In this document: positions 1 to 12,800 of the stretch, piece by piece
How the letters are laid out: each line of letters begins with the position of its first letter
Numbering within the stretch: position 1 is the stretch's first letter
NCBI RefSeq assembly: GCF_018977255.1
Contig: NW_024704743.1
Span: forward strand, 12,030,001-12,094,000
Origin: Callorhinchus milii
Lineage: Eukaryota
Direction: 5' to 3'
Length of the DNA: 64,000 nucleotides
Notes under the pieces: generated by a model
Told to the model about the DNA's origin: nothing
Database searches by the model: none
Seen by the model: the letters and a program-made list of their open reading frames with translations, nothing else
Made by a program: the position numbers and the translations under genes

Positions 1-116
1 TTGTATTAACATTTACAAGGTTAAGCCTCTGTTTACCTAGCAACACGTAGGAACTCAGTTATTTGTCGATTGGTGGATTGTTTTCCAATAATCCCTGCCC
101 CACCCCCACCCCGCTT

Positions 117-440
117 CAACAACAACAACAAAAAAATTACATTTATAGAGCGCCTTTCACGTCGGGAGGACGTCCCAAAGCGCTGAACAGTCAGGTGTTG
201 GGGCACGAGCGTGGGGGAGGGGTGGTATAGGGCTGAGGGAAGGCAGAGAGGTGGGAGGGAGACCAAAGGCACGGTCGAAGAGAAAGGTCTTGAGACCGGC
301 CTTGAAGGAGGCAAGGATGAAGCGAGGCGAAGGGACCGTGGGATGGAGTTCCAGAGTGTGGGGGCAGAGAGGCTAAAAGCCCGGCACCAATGGTAGGGCG
401 GGTCGGGCGGGAGAGATAGAGCAGGCCGGAGCCCGATGAA
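117..440 (-). mobile_element. L2 LINE 3' fragment
   Basis: (CAA)n plus reverse complement of the L2 tail and ORF2 C-terminus. Confidence 0.85.
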
Positions 441-702
441 CGGAGGGAGCGGGCAGGTTGGTAGGGAGTCAGCAGCTCAGAGAGGAGGAGGTTGCTTCCC
501 CTGCGAAAACAAATTGATCACTCAATCCACGACTGCTGTGTGTAATTGGCTGCCATGTTTTGCGCACAAAATAAACAGTCAATCCACTTTACAGTATATT
601 CTGTATATTGTATATTGTATCAAATGCAAGGATTATTATTATTGATTAACATTGTCTTTTTTTTCCTCTCTCTCCCCACCCCCCCCCCCTTAACCCTCTC
701 AG

Positions 703-817
703 ACAACCGGGAGACGATAGCCAAATGCTGGTGTGCGACACTTGTGACAAAGGCTATCACACGTTTTGTCTCCAACCAGTGATGGAGTCCATCCCCACCA
801 ATGGCTGGCGGTGTAAA
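703..817 (+). CDS. KMT2C: KMT2C exon (115 nt), first PHD cluster: [38 protein letters not shown]
   Basis: ctctcAG acceptor at 701-702; GTaagt donor at 818; PHD Cys/His pattern. Confidence 0.96.
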
Positions 818-3800
818 GTAAGTGATGGCATCTCTAACCTCTCCAACCTGCTTACCCCCAACTCACAACCCATTGCCTCCGCTCAATTGGCTCTGGCTTC
901 CTGCATGTCCCTCGTGCCCTCCATTCTACCATCGGTGGCCACTCTTTCAGCCGCTGTGCCCCAAAGTTCTGGAACATTCTTCCTCTATCTTACCCCTTGC
1001 AAGATAGAATAGCCTTGCCCCCTCCTTGTCCAGCTTCAGGTCGCGCTTAAAGACCCTCCTCTTCGAACATGCCTACGGTCACCCTGCTCCGCTCGGCATC
1101 GTGCTCCGCTCTGGGACCCTGTGTGAGGGGCGCTATATAAATGCAAGTTGTTGATGTCGATGAACAAAACCTGCTACAATCCCTGAGACCCAAATTACAC
1201 CGACTGTCAGCCTGTAAAACCCTTTTGTAGCTTTAGAAAGAAGTATTGCAAGAACAGCAAGAATCTTGAGTTTGAAAAAAATACTTTGTGTTAATTTAGA
1301 ATTGCGTCCAAGAGAAAGATAGAGAATGTGTGTGAAAGAGAGAGAGAGAAGGGAACAGAAGGGGATGGAAGGGAGAAGGAATGAGTGGAGACTCGTGTGG
1401 AGTATAAACACCGGCACAGACTGGCTGGGACGTGTGACTTGTTTCCTTACTGTATGTATGAAAAAATATGTAAGCCTTTTCCTGCACCCCTTCTCTAAAA
1501 AAAGAATCAGGCTACTAAATTAAGGTTTTAAATTTAACAATTTTGCATAACATTATATGTTAAAGACGGCATGATCTTCATGGGCTGAGACTAGGTGGAA
1601 CATATGGTTTTGTGAATATTGTAGATAGTCTTAAAGTTGTCAGTGTAGCACTCTGGCTCTGAGTAAGAAGGTTGTGGGTTCACGTTGGGACTTTGAGCTC
1701 ACATAGTCCAGGCTGACACTTTAATGAGGTGAGTGGGAGAGCACTGCATTGTCAAAGACAAGAATCTTTGGATGACGTTAAACCGAGAGCCTCTCTGTGC
1801 CTGTTCAATTGGATGTTAAAGATCCAATGGCACTATTCAAAACGAGAAGGGAATTTCTCCTGGTGTTCTGGCCAACAATCCCCCAAATACACTAACAACA
1901 ACAACAACAACATGCACTTCTATAGTGTCCTCCATGCAGGGCAGAGTCTCAGCACTTAGCATGTCCCAAAAATTGGTTACTTCATGGCTGTTTGTTCACA
2001 AATTTGGTCCTGTGTGCACATAAAAATGTACAGTCACTGCATTTTATTTTAAATTCTCTGAAGCACCTTGAGATCTGCTTACGATGTGATAAGCTCTGTA
2101 TCAAATGCAAGGAGTATAATTACAACTATTATTGAATGAAATGATGATACTGAGATCAAGTAATTTCTCTGCAGTTTTGGAGGTAGGGATGCAAGAAGGA
2201 GAACCGGAGATAGAAGGACATTTAAGGGACATTGGTTTGAAGAGTGAGGTTTGAAGAGTGAGGATGGGAGAATATTTTGAGAATGTTTGGTTTAATTAAC
2301 TTTTGGATCCTAATGGTGTCTGTAAAGAAAAGAACCCTAAATTGGCTATTCTCCGTTGGGAGTGTAGTGACTGTGTTTTGTTGAGAGTAATTCAGGTTTT
2401 GAGTCTAAGTGGCCGTCCTTTGATTTCTCCTGGTGTCTCTTGTGAGTGTGGAGAGGTTTATTCCCTCCCCCGCTCCCTCGGCTCGGGTCAGTGTTTCAGG
2501 TACTCTGCTTCAGTAATGCTTCTTGACAGGTGCTGTGAAACATGGGAGCAGCTGTCAATCACCACGTCATCACATCACCGAGCCTTGTCCCCTGAAGCAT
2601 TCAGACTCTTTAATCTTTCACCCACACATTCTCATTGCCATACACAGTCTGCCATAGTAACAGAACACAATATCATGTTGAAGGATGGGATACCTGGTGT
2701 GTGGTGTGTGCACCTGTGTGTGTGTATGTATGTGTATGTGTGAGGGGGGTTATGTATGTGCGGGAGAGTTGTGTGTACGTGGGGAGGGGGTTGTGTATGT
2801 GGGGTGGTTATGTGTGAGGAGATTGTATGTGTGAGGGGATTGTATGTGTGAGGTGTTGTGTGTGTGGTGGGGGGGTATGTGTATGTGTGTGGCAGGTTGT
2901 GTGTGTGTGGTGGGTTGTGTGTATGTGGCAGGGGGTTGTGCGTGTGGAGGGGGTTGTGTGTGTATATGGGGGGGTTGTGTTTGTGGGGGATTGTGTGTGT
3001 GGAGGGGTTGTGTGTGTGGGTGGTGTGTGTGTGTGGGGGTGGTTTGTGTGTGAGGAGGTTGTGTGTGTGTGTTTGGGGGGGTGTTGAGTGTGGGTGTGTG
3101 TGTGGGGTAGTTGTGTGTGTATGTGGGTGGAGGGATTGTGTGTGTGTGTGGGGGGGGGGGTTGTGTGTGGGGGGGCGTTGTGTATGTGTGAGGTTGGTTG
3201 TGTGTATTGGGGATGCGTATGTGGGAGGATTGTGTGTGTGGGCGGAGGGTTTGTGTGTTTGTGGGGGGGAAGTGTGTGGGGTGTGTGTGTTCAGGGGGTT
3301 TGTGTGGGGGAGGGTGGGTGAGGGAATTGTGTGTGTGTGGGTTGTGTGTGTTGGGGGGATGTATATGTGGGGGTTGTGTGTGCGCGGAGAGGTTGTTTGT
3401 GGGGTGGGGTGTGTGTGGGGTAGGTTGTGTGTGTGGGGGGGTGTTGTATGTGTGTGGTGGGGGAGTTGAGTGTGGGGGTAAGTTGTATGTGGGGGGGTGT
3501 TGTGTGTGTGGGGGGGGTTGTTATGTGTGTGTGAGGGGGTTGTGTGGGTGTGTGTGTGTTGGGGGCATTGTGTGAATGTGGGTGTGTGTGGGTGGGGGGT
3601 TGTTTGTGTGTGGGGGGGGAGGTGTGTGTGTGTGTGGGGTTGGGGTGTCTGTGGGTGGGGGCTGTTGGGTGAGTGTGGCAGTGTGTGTATTTGTGTGGGG
3701 GGTGGTTGTAATGTGTTTTGATCTGGTGATTGACAGATAACGTTCCTGCCATATTTAAAACTTTAAAACTTTATAAGAATTAGTGAAGGAGGCAAGATGT

Positions 3801-6800
3801 GTTTTTAAACCCCCCCCCCACACACACACACACACCCATACACAACCTCTCCGCGCAACACAACCCCCACATATAGATCCTCATCCTCACCTAATAATAA
3901 TAATAATAATAATCCTTGCATTTGATATAGCGCTTTTCACGTCGGGAGGACGTCCCAAAGCGCTTCACAGAATACACTGTAAAGTGAATTGACTGTATAT
4001 TTGTGGGCGAACGCGGCAGCCAATTGCGCACAGCAATGTCCCACAAACAGTCGTAGAATTGAAAATGACCAATTTATTATTGTTTTTGGTTTTGGAGGGA
4101 TTATTATTAGGCTCTGTGTGGAGTAAGGAAACTTGCCCAAGGTTTCGCCCTGACCTGCCTGGAATTGAACTCAGGTCTCTCGCTTGCAAAGTGAGTGCTC
4201 TAACCACTGAGCTACAGGGCTCCACCTACACCTACAAGGCCATTCACGGCCTTGTTCCCTCCTACCTCTCCGACCTACTATCCCCCTACCTACCTGCCCG
4301 TACCCTCCATTCCTCCGGCTCCGGTCTGCTCCACATCCCCCGCCCCAACCGCCCTACCATCAGTGGCCGGGCCTTCAGGCTCTCAGCCCCGAGGCTCTGG
4401 TACTCCATCCCCCAGTGCCTTCGCCACCTCCTCCCTTTCCTCCTTCAAGACCGGTCTCAAGACCTTTCTCTTCAACCGTGCCTTCACCTCCCCTCTCGAC
4501 TCTCTACCCACTCCTCGCTCCCTCCCTTCTCTCCCCTCACCCTGACCAATTCCCCCCTGCTCGGGTCCCGACCCAACTGTCCAGCACCTTGGGACGTCCT
4601 CTCGACGTGAAAGGCGCTCTATAAATGCAATCTTTTCATGTTGTTGTTGTTGTAGACTTTAGTGGAGGGGGGAAAGTTAAGGCAGACAACAACAACAATG
4701 TACATTTATATAGCACCTTTTGTGTCATAGGTCAACGTCTCAAAGCCCTTTCACATCTAAACTGTGCTAAATTCATTTAGACCCCAAATTCTACCTTGTC
4801 TCAGCCGTGAGGCTATTTTTGTCTTTACCCTAAAATATTATTGGCCTTGCAACAACAACCTGTGTTTATATTCAGGTGGGCCAGGTTATCAGAGTTTTGA
4901 AGGCAAAAACAACAACACAATTACATCTATATAGCACCTTTCATGTCAGAAGGACATCCCAAGGCACTGGATAGTTAAGGGTGTGCACCCTGCCAAAGAT
5001 TAGGTGGAATTTGTGCATGTTTGCTTGATCTGACTCCATTTAATGTGCTGTAAAATTAACTGTGTACTTTTTTGTGTATGCTGTAAACCTCAGAATTGCA
5101 GGGTGTGTGTTGACTGTGGCACAGGAACCAGCAATCAGTGGCACCACAACTGCTCGTTGTGTGACGTGTGCTATCAGCAGCTGGACCACAGCTTGATCTG
5201 CCCACTCTGCGGCAAAAGCTATCATCAGGACTCGCAGAAAGACATGCTGCACTGCCAGATGTGCAAACGGTAAGCTGCCTCCACCGCTGTGCCTAGACGC
5301 CTCCTGCTCCGACATTCGAACCATCCTTTGTCCTGGGATTCCACCTTGTCTTAGCACAACAACAACGTTTCGCCCCAAAATATACAGTCAATTCACTTTA
5401 CATTATATAGCTTCTCGGAGCATTTAAGATTGGTAGAGCCTGATGCCAAGCCGGGGAGAGAGAGGGGAGGTGACCTTAGGCATGGTCGAAGTGGAAGGTC
5501 TTCAGGTGCGATTTGAAGATGGGCAAAGAGCGGGTGAGGAGGAGGGATTGAAGCAGAGAAGTTCAGAGCTAAACAGCAACAATTTGTATTTATGTTGTGC
5601 CTTTCAAGTCGGCAAGTGCTGTGTACATTTTGTGTGCCAGTCTGGCTCAATGAGTAGCACTTTTGCCTCTGAGATAGAAGGTTGTGGGTTCAAGTCCCAA
5701 ATCAGAGCTTGGAACTCATATAGTCCAAGGCAGTGATAGGGTGTGCACTGCAAGTTGGAGGTGCCACCCTTAAGATGAGATGCTAAACTGAGGTCTCGTC
5801 TGCCCGTTCCCATGGCACTATTCGTAAAGAGAAGAGTGTTTCTTCAGTTTCTTGGTCATCAGTCCTCAGTCAAAATTGGTCATTCACTTCACGTCTGGAT
5901 TTGGAACTCTTTTAGTCTTAGCTGATGCTCCAATGCATTGGTCGAGTGTGCTGGTTGAACCAAAGTCTCGTCTGACAGTTCAGGTGGATGTTAAAGGTTG
6001 CATGGCACTTCTTGTATCCCAGCTAACAATCCCCCAAATAAAATGGATCATTCACTTCATAGCTGTTTGTGGGCCATTGCTTTGTGCAAATTGGCTGCCA
6101 CCAACACACAGTCACTGCATTTTACAGTATATCCTATGAACCGGGATGTCCTGGGTTTGATTCCCAGGCAGGGCGAAACCTTAGGCAAGTTTCCTTATTC
6201 CACATACCTCCGTTTACCTAGCAGTAAGTAGGAACCCACATGTTAGTCGATTGGCGGATCGCTTTCCCGAGGTAATAATCCCTTCAAAAAATAATAATAA
6301 TTTGGTTACTCAATCCACGACTGTGTGTGGGATACTGCTGTACCCACAAAATATAGTCACTACACTTTACAGTATGTCCTGTGAAGTGCTTTGAAGAGTG
6401 TCTCAAAGACATGATAAGATGCTATATCAAATGCTTTATTATTAATATGTCTTCTGGATGTGAAAAGCGCTGGACCAAATGTAAGTATTATTATTATTAT
6501 TTACATCTCCATAACACCCGTCTCCCCTGGTTGTCCTCCAGGTGGATTCACAAAGAGTGCGACAAACCTGTGGACAGCGTGATGGAAACAGCTCTCAGGG
6601 AAGACTATGTGTGCATCATCTGCAAACAAGCCGAGATGGCGGACGACGGTATTGAGCCCTGTGAAACTGGCGAGACACAGGAATCTCACCCAGTACAGGA
6701 ATCTGACAAAGGTGAGGCTTAACAAACCATCTGGTTTCCGGGCTTTACAATGTCGTTTTCAAAAAGTCCAGGTTTTGGTTACTGGTAGAGCCTGGAGAAA

Positions 6801-9800
6801 GTCGGTCTATTTTGACTAAAGCAGAGAAGGTGTGAGAAGTGATCTAAATTATGGAGGGAGGGGATAAATGGGGAGCAAGTTTCTACTGGTCAGTCAGTTG
6901 GTAACTGGAGGACGGATGAGGTTAGTTTTTCTTTTTAACACACACACATACATACACACATATACACGTACACACACAGTTATTAGTGGAATACTATACC
7001 AAACCATGAGTTGAATGTGTGAGGAAATGGGCAGGAGAGAGGCTTTTTCAGAGCCAGCACAGCACGGGCAAGATAGTGGATCAAATGACTTCCTTTCTGA
7101 GCTGTAAAATTCAATGAATCCAATCGTAGATTTAGTGCCAATGTCTTCACTCCTGTGGATCTGACCTCCTAAACCTCCCCAGCCTCTCCCTCAGCCTCAC
7201 CGAACCAGTGCACAATCTAGGCAACCAGTTCGACCCCCAGCTGTCCTTCCTTCCCCACATCTGATCCCTGACCAGGACACCCTTCCTCCACCTCCGCCAC
7301 ATTGCCCGCCTCTGACCGTACCTTACCCCAGATGGAGCCAAAACCCTTGTGCATGTGTTTCTTAAACCGTGTCTTCAGCTCCCCTCTCGACCCTCCTCGC
7401 TCCCTCCCTTCCCTCCCCTCACCCTGACCATTTCCCCCCTCCTCACTCCCTCCCTTCCCTCCCCTCACCCTGACCATTTCCCCCCTCCTCGCTCCCTCCC
7501 TTCCCTCCCCTCACCCTGACCATTTCCCCCCTCCTCGCTCCCTTCCTTCCCTCCCCTCACCCTGACCATTTCCCCCCTCCTCGCTCCCTCCCTTCCCTCC
7601 CCTCACCCTGACCATTTCCCCCCTGCTCGGGTCCCGATCCAACTGTCCAGCGCCTTGGGACGTCCTCCTGACGTGAAAGGCGCTCTATAAATGCAATCTT
7701 GTTGTTGTTGTTTGTCACCTCCCACCTGGATTATTCAAACGCACTTCTCACCGGTCTCCCCAGCTCCTCTCTTCAAAAAATCCAGCTCATTCAGAACTCT
7801 GCTGCCCATATACTGATACAGACCAAACTCATTACCCCCATCTCACCAGTTCTGGCCAGGCTCCACTGGCCGCCCCATCACTGAATGGATCGACTTCAAG
7901 ATCATCACACTCGTGTTCAAATCCCTTCACTCTTTGGCACTTCCCTACCTCTCTGACCTCCTCACTTCCCAATTCACCACCCGGTGCTTCCGCTTAACTG
8001 GCACCGGCCTCCTGCTTGTCCCTTGCACCCTCCGCTGCACCATCGGAGATCGTGCATTCAGCCATTACGCCCTCAAACTCTAGAACACTCTTCGTCAATC
8101 CCTCCGCCTTGCCCCCTCCCCTTTTTCAAGTCCCACCTGAAAACCTTTTCGATCGTGCTTACAGTCATCTCCCCCCCACCCCCCGGCTCGGAGTCAGGCT
8201 TCGCCACTGTTAAGCATTCTGAGCCACTACCCTGCGTGGAGGACGCTATATAAGTGCAAGTTGTAGTTTTTGTAGCCTGGACCTCAGTTTGGCTGATTTC
8301 CACCAGAATTGTAGTTATTTTTTGGTCAACTGAGTGTCTGACACACACAGAAACTCAACATCATGCTTAAAGGTATCCAGACTAAACTAAGAATTCCATG
8401 TATCCCACCTGCACATGGAGATCCCATAGATAGATTGTTGGAATGGAATTTGCACTCTCTCCCTGGAGGGACACATCCTGCTTACCTAATTCCGGAAAGT
8501 ATTAGGCACAGGTTGGCAAGAGCCAAGGCTTGGGAACCCCAGAGTGTATGTTGGGATATTGCTGGATTCTAACCAGCTAAAACCACATAACTTGCCATTA
8601 ATAGGGCTGCCTGGATGACGAGAAGTGCGGACAAAGAAGGCTCTTCGACCCATCCAATCTCAACCTTCCAAAGTCCTAACATTCTCCCATCACAGCACCA
8701 GCTGTTTCTTAAACAAGTCCAGCATTCTGACCGTACCCACCCTTCCCAGTCACAATGTTCCAGCCCAGCCGCCTGTTAAAGAGCAGACCAACTAATCTCT
8801 CAAGTTGCCCATTATTATTGCTCTTCCTCAAGCATCTAGCAAAATCCCTTTTAAAATTTTTTGGGACTCTGCCTCAATACTGGTTTGCGGTAGAGAATTT
8901 CACATTCCTACTGCCCTACCTATTATGATTTTTTTGTAAGTAATTAATATTGCACGATATGTCTCTTATTTTTGGATTCCTGACATTTCAAAACGTAGGT
9001 GTCACTGAAGTCAATTGGAATATGGAGGAACAGACATCACTGGGAGAGAGCTTTCAGCAGCCGGACGATGATGTTAGCCTCGTGGCACGTCAGAGCATTG
9101 GGGCTGCTGATCAGAATGGTAGGAATTTACATTCCATTGGGGGAAGTGAGGCTCTGTGACCGGACCCGGGGGAAGGCTGTGTGACTGGTCCGTGTGTGTG
9201 TGGTGGGGGGGGTTGGTGTGGCTGTGTGACTGGACACTGTGTGTGTGTGGGGGGGGGCTGTGTGATTGGACACTGTGCGTGTGTGGGGGAGGGGCTGTGT
9301 GATTGGACACTGCGTGTGGGGGGGGGGGAGGGGCTGTGTGATTGGACACTGCGTGTGGGGGGGGGGGAGGGGCTGTGTGATTGGACACTGTGCGTGTGTG
9401 TGGGGGGGAGGGGCTGTGTGATTGGACACTGTGCGTGTGTGGGGGGGGGCTGTGTGATTGAACACTGTGCGTGTGGGGGGGGAGGGGCTGTGTGATTGAA
9501 CACTGTGCGTGTGGGGGGGAAGGGGCTGTGTGATTGGACACTGTGCGTGTGGGGGGGGGAGGGGCTGTGTGATTGGACACTGTGCGTGTGGGGGGGGGGA
9601 GGGGCTGTGTGATTGGACACTGTGCGTGTGGGGGGGGGAGGGGCTGTGTGATTGGACACTGTGCGTGTGGGGGGGGGAGGGGCTGTGTGATTGGACACTG
9701 TGCGTGTGGGGGGGGAGGGGCTGTGTGATTGGACACTGTGCGTGTGGGGGGGAGGGGCTGTGTGATTGGACACTGTGCGTGTGGGGGGGGGGAGGGGCTG

Positions 9801-12800
9801 TGTGATTGGACACTGTGCGTGTGGGGGGGAGGGGCTGTGTGATTGGACACTGTGCGTGTGGGGGGGGGAGGGGCTGTGTGATTGGACACTGTGCGTGTGG
9901 GGGGGGGAGGGGCTGTGTGATTGGACACTGTGGTGTGTGTGGGGGGGGGGAGGGGCTGTGTGATTGGACACTGTGCGTGTGTGGGGGGGGGGAGGGGCTG
10001 TGTGATTGGACACTGTGCGTGTGTGGGGGGGGGGAGGGGCTGTGTGATTGGACACTGTGTGTGTGGGGGGGAGGGGCTGTGTGATTGGACACTGTGCGTG
10101 TGTGGGGGGGGGAGGGGCTGTGTGATTGGACACTGTGCGTGTGGGGGGGGGGAGGGGCTGTGTGATTGGACACTGTGTGTGTGTGGGGGGGGGAGGGGCT
10201 GTGTGATTGGACACTGTGCGTGTGTGGGGGGGGAGGGGCTGTGTGATTGGACACTGTGCGTGTGTGGGGGGGGGGGGGGGGGGGGGGGGGGGGAGGGGCT
10301 GTGTGATTGGACACTGTGCGAGTGTGGTGGAGGATTGGCTTGTGTGGTGTGTGTGGGGGGGGGGGGGGCTGTGTGATTGGACACTGTGCGTGTGTGGGGG
10401 GGGGGCTGTGTGATTGGACACTGTGCGTGTGGGGGGGGGGAGGGCTGTGTGATTGGACACTGTGCGTGTGGGGGGGAGGGGCTGTGTGATTGGACACTGT
10501 GCGTGTGGGGGGGGAGGGGCTGTGTGATTGGACACTGTGCGTGTGGGGGGGAGGGGCTGTGTGATTGGACACTGTGCGTGTGGGGGGGGGGGAGGGGCTG
10601 TGTGATTGGACCATGGGGGAGGTGGGAGAGGAGGCTGTATAAGGAGCACTGGGCCAACAGTACAGGACACAGCTGTGTGCTAATTAGCTGCCAGTCATTG
10701 CACTGGACAGCAGTCACATGGGAAGTGTTTTGACGCATTGACAGCATAATGTGTCTTCACATCCAGCATTGACCCAGAGCGCCGAAGCCAAGCCTGAGGG
10801 AGCTGAGGAGGACCTGCCTGTCTCCCAAGTCGGGGTTCGGCAGCTGGAAGAAGCCCCAGCGTTGGTGGGAGCACAGGCTGAACAGGCCATGGAGGTGACT
10901 GCTGGGGAGCCGCTATCACAACCCGTACAGAACGAGGAGCAGCAGACAACGCAGCCTGTCGAAGGACCAATCCAGTTAAAAGGAGAGCAACGGGCCTGTG
11001 GGAGTCAGGCAGAACCCATGGAAGTTTCTGCTCCCAAAACACCGAATCCTGAACAGATACAAGAGGCTTCACTGACAAACGAGTGTCCAGAGGTTCCTCA
11101 GTCATTGGACAAGTTATCCCCGAGGAGCGACGATCACATCTCCCAAGCATCCCCCGACAACACTGCCCCTGAGCCCGAGAGAGTCCCCCCGGGTGAGAGA
11201 CCACCGGAGGCCGTTTCCCCAATTGGAAACAGTAAAGTGTTCGGCGAGGCCGACAGTGAGCCTGGGGAGAGCGATGGCACGCTCTCAGCCCCTCACCCTC
11301 TCGTCACCATTTCCTCTGTCTCGCCCTACGCGACCTGCTCGCCTCGCGGCCCCATCCTGGGGATGTTGAGCTCACGGATTCCCGCGCCCGCCTTCATACC
11401 TATGGTACCAAAAATCGGCATGGGCAAGCCAGCTATCACCAAAAGGAAGTTCTCCCCGGGAAGACCTCGAGTGAGACAGGTAGGACTTTGCCTTTGCATA
11501 AAAGACATTTAAAAACAATCAGAGTCCTGGTTGGTTCCAAATATGTTAAATCAATGTGCAGTTGCTATGTTAATGCATTTCCAAACTATTTGCAAGTTCC
11601 TATCTTAATAATTCTAGAACTTAAAGGGAGTAAAAGTATGTTGGTTTTTTTCTCAAAATGTAAGTTGTACCAAACAAACGTTAACGATTTTAACAGGTAC
11701 TTCGTATTTTTCCGCTTTAAACACCTTTTTTTTAACGTGTGCTGCACGCGCTATACTTCTATGTCATGTCTGTAGTTTGATGTCAATCACCTGGTTAGTG
11801 TGTGTCTGGTACAGGTGTTCACCACAGGAAAAGGAGCAGGGCCCTACCTATCCTGCCCACTTACAACACAGCCAGCCACCCTCACTGCCCACTGGCAGCC
11901 CTCATTGTCCATTAGCAGCCTCAGGAAGAGGCTGAAATTAAGATCAAAATAATAATAATTTGGTCACTCAATCCACAACTGTTTGTGGGACACTAGTGTG
12001 CGCAATCGGCTGCCGCATTTCACCCACAAAATATACAGTCCATTCACTTTACTGTGAAGTTCTTTAGACGTCTCAAAATTATCACTTTCCCAGTTGGAAA
12101 GAAGAGGCTTTAAAGTGTTCAGCAAGGCTTTTCACCTATGTTTTCTGCAGTAAAACTCGCATAAGTCTCATCTGTATAAATCGTATAATCACTTCAGTCG
12201 TACATCTGCTCAAGTCCCATTTATGTGTTTATATTCTATGCAAGTTTGACATAACTTATTCTTTGAAAAAGTCATATTAAATGTATGGTCCCAAATGATA
12301 CGACTTATGTGATGTTTACTGTATTCTTTTCCCCCAAATCTGTATGGAATGTGAAATGTTCATCAAATTATCATCAAGAGATATTCTGAAAAAGATTCAG
12401 GGTTAGTTTAGATTGACCCTGACCTCTTCTCTCCGTCAGTCTGCAAGAGCATCTCAAAGAGTTGGTTGTACTGGTCTTGTGCAGTTTATTGACCTGCTGT
12501 CCGTTTCCAACATTTTCTGTCTTTATCACAGATTTCGAACCTTCACAGGCAAATGGACTGTGATTTAGAGAGGATTTTTGGATCGTTAAACATTAGACAT
12601 TCCTTATTTTTCACGTTAGTGAATGATGTGAGTCGTGTTTGGGGAAGGGTGGTCTGTGGTATGGTGTTCTTTATGTCCCTGTAATTCATGTTCTTCTCCT
12701 CCCACTCAGGAATACTTTCTCTCTATATAGTTCCACTCAGGAATACTTTCTCTCTATATAGTTAAACTCAGGAATACTTTCCGTTTGCTTTGGCTGTTGC

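Noticed and set aside
2635..3752. Cys/Val/Gly-rich ORFs
   Set aside because: Artefacts of (TG)n low complexity; likewise 44414-45236 and 50011-50499.
4059..4610. 183-aa ORF with signal-peptide-like N-terminus ([18 protein letters not shown])
   Set aside because: Antisense SINE fused to an L2 fragment; the same peptide recurs at other SINE copies.
9150..10612. CRISPR-like periodicity
   Set aside because: No unique spacers, only G-run length variation; vertebrate intron with no cas genes.
9074..10747. Three long minus-strand ORFs (495-557 aa), Pro/His/Thr-rich
   Set aside because: Translation of the G-rich minisatellite; open in all three frames because the unit lacks stops.
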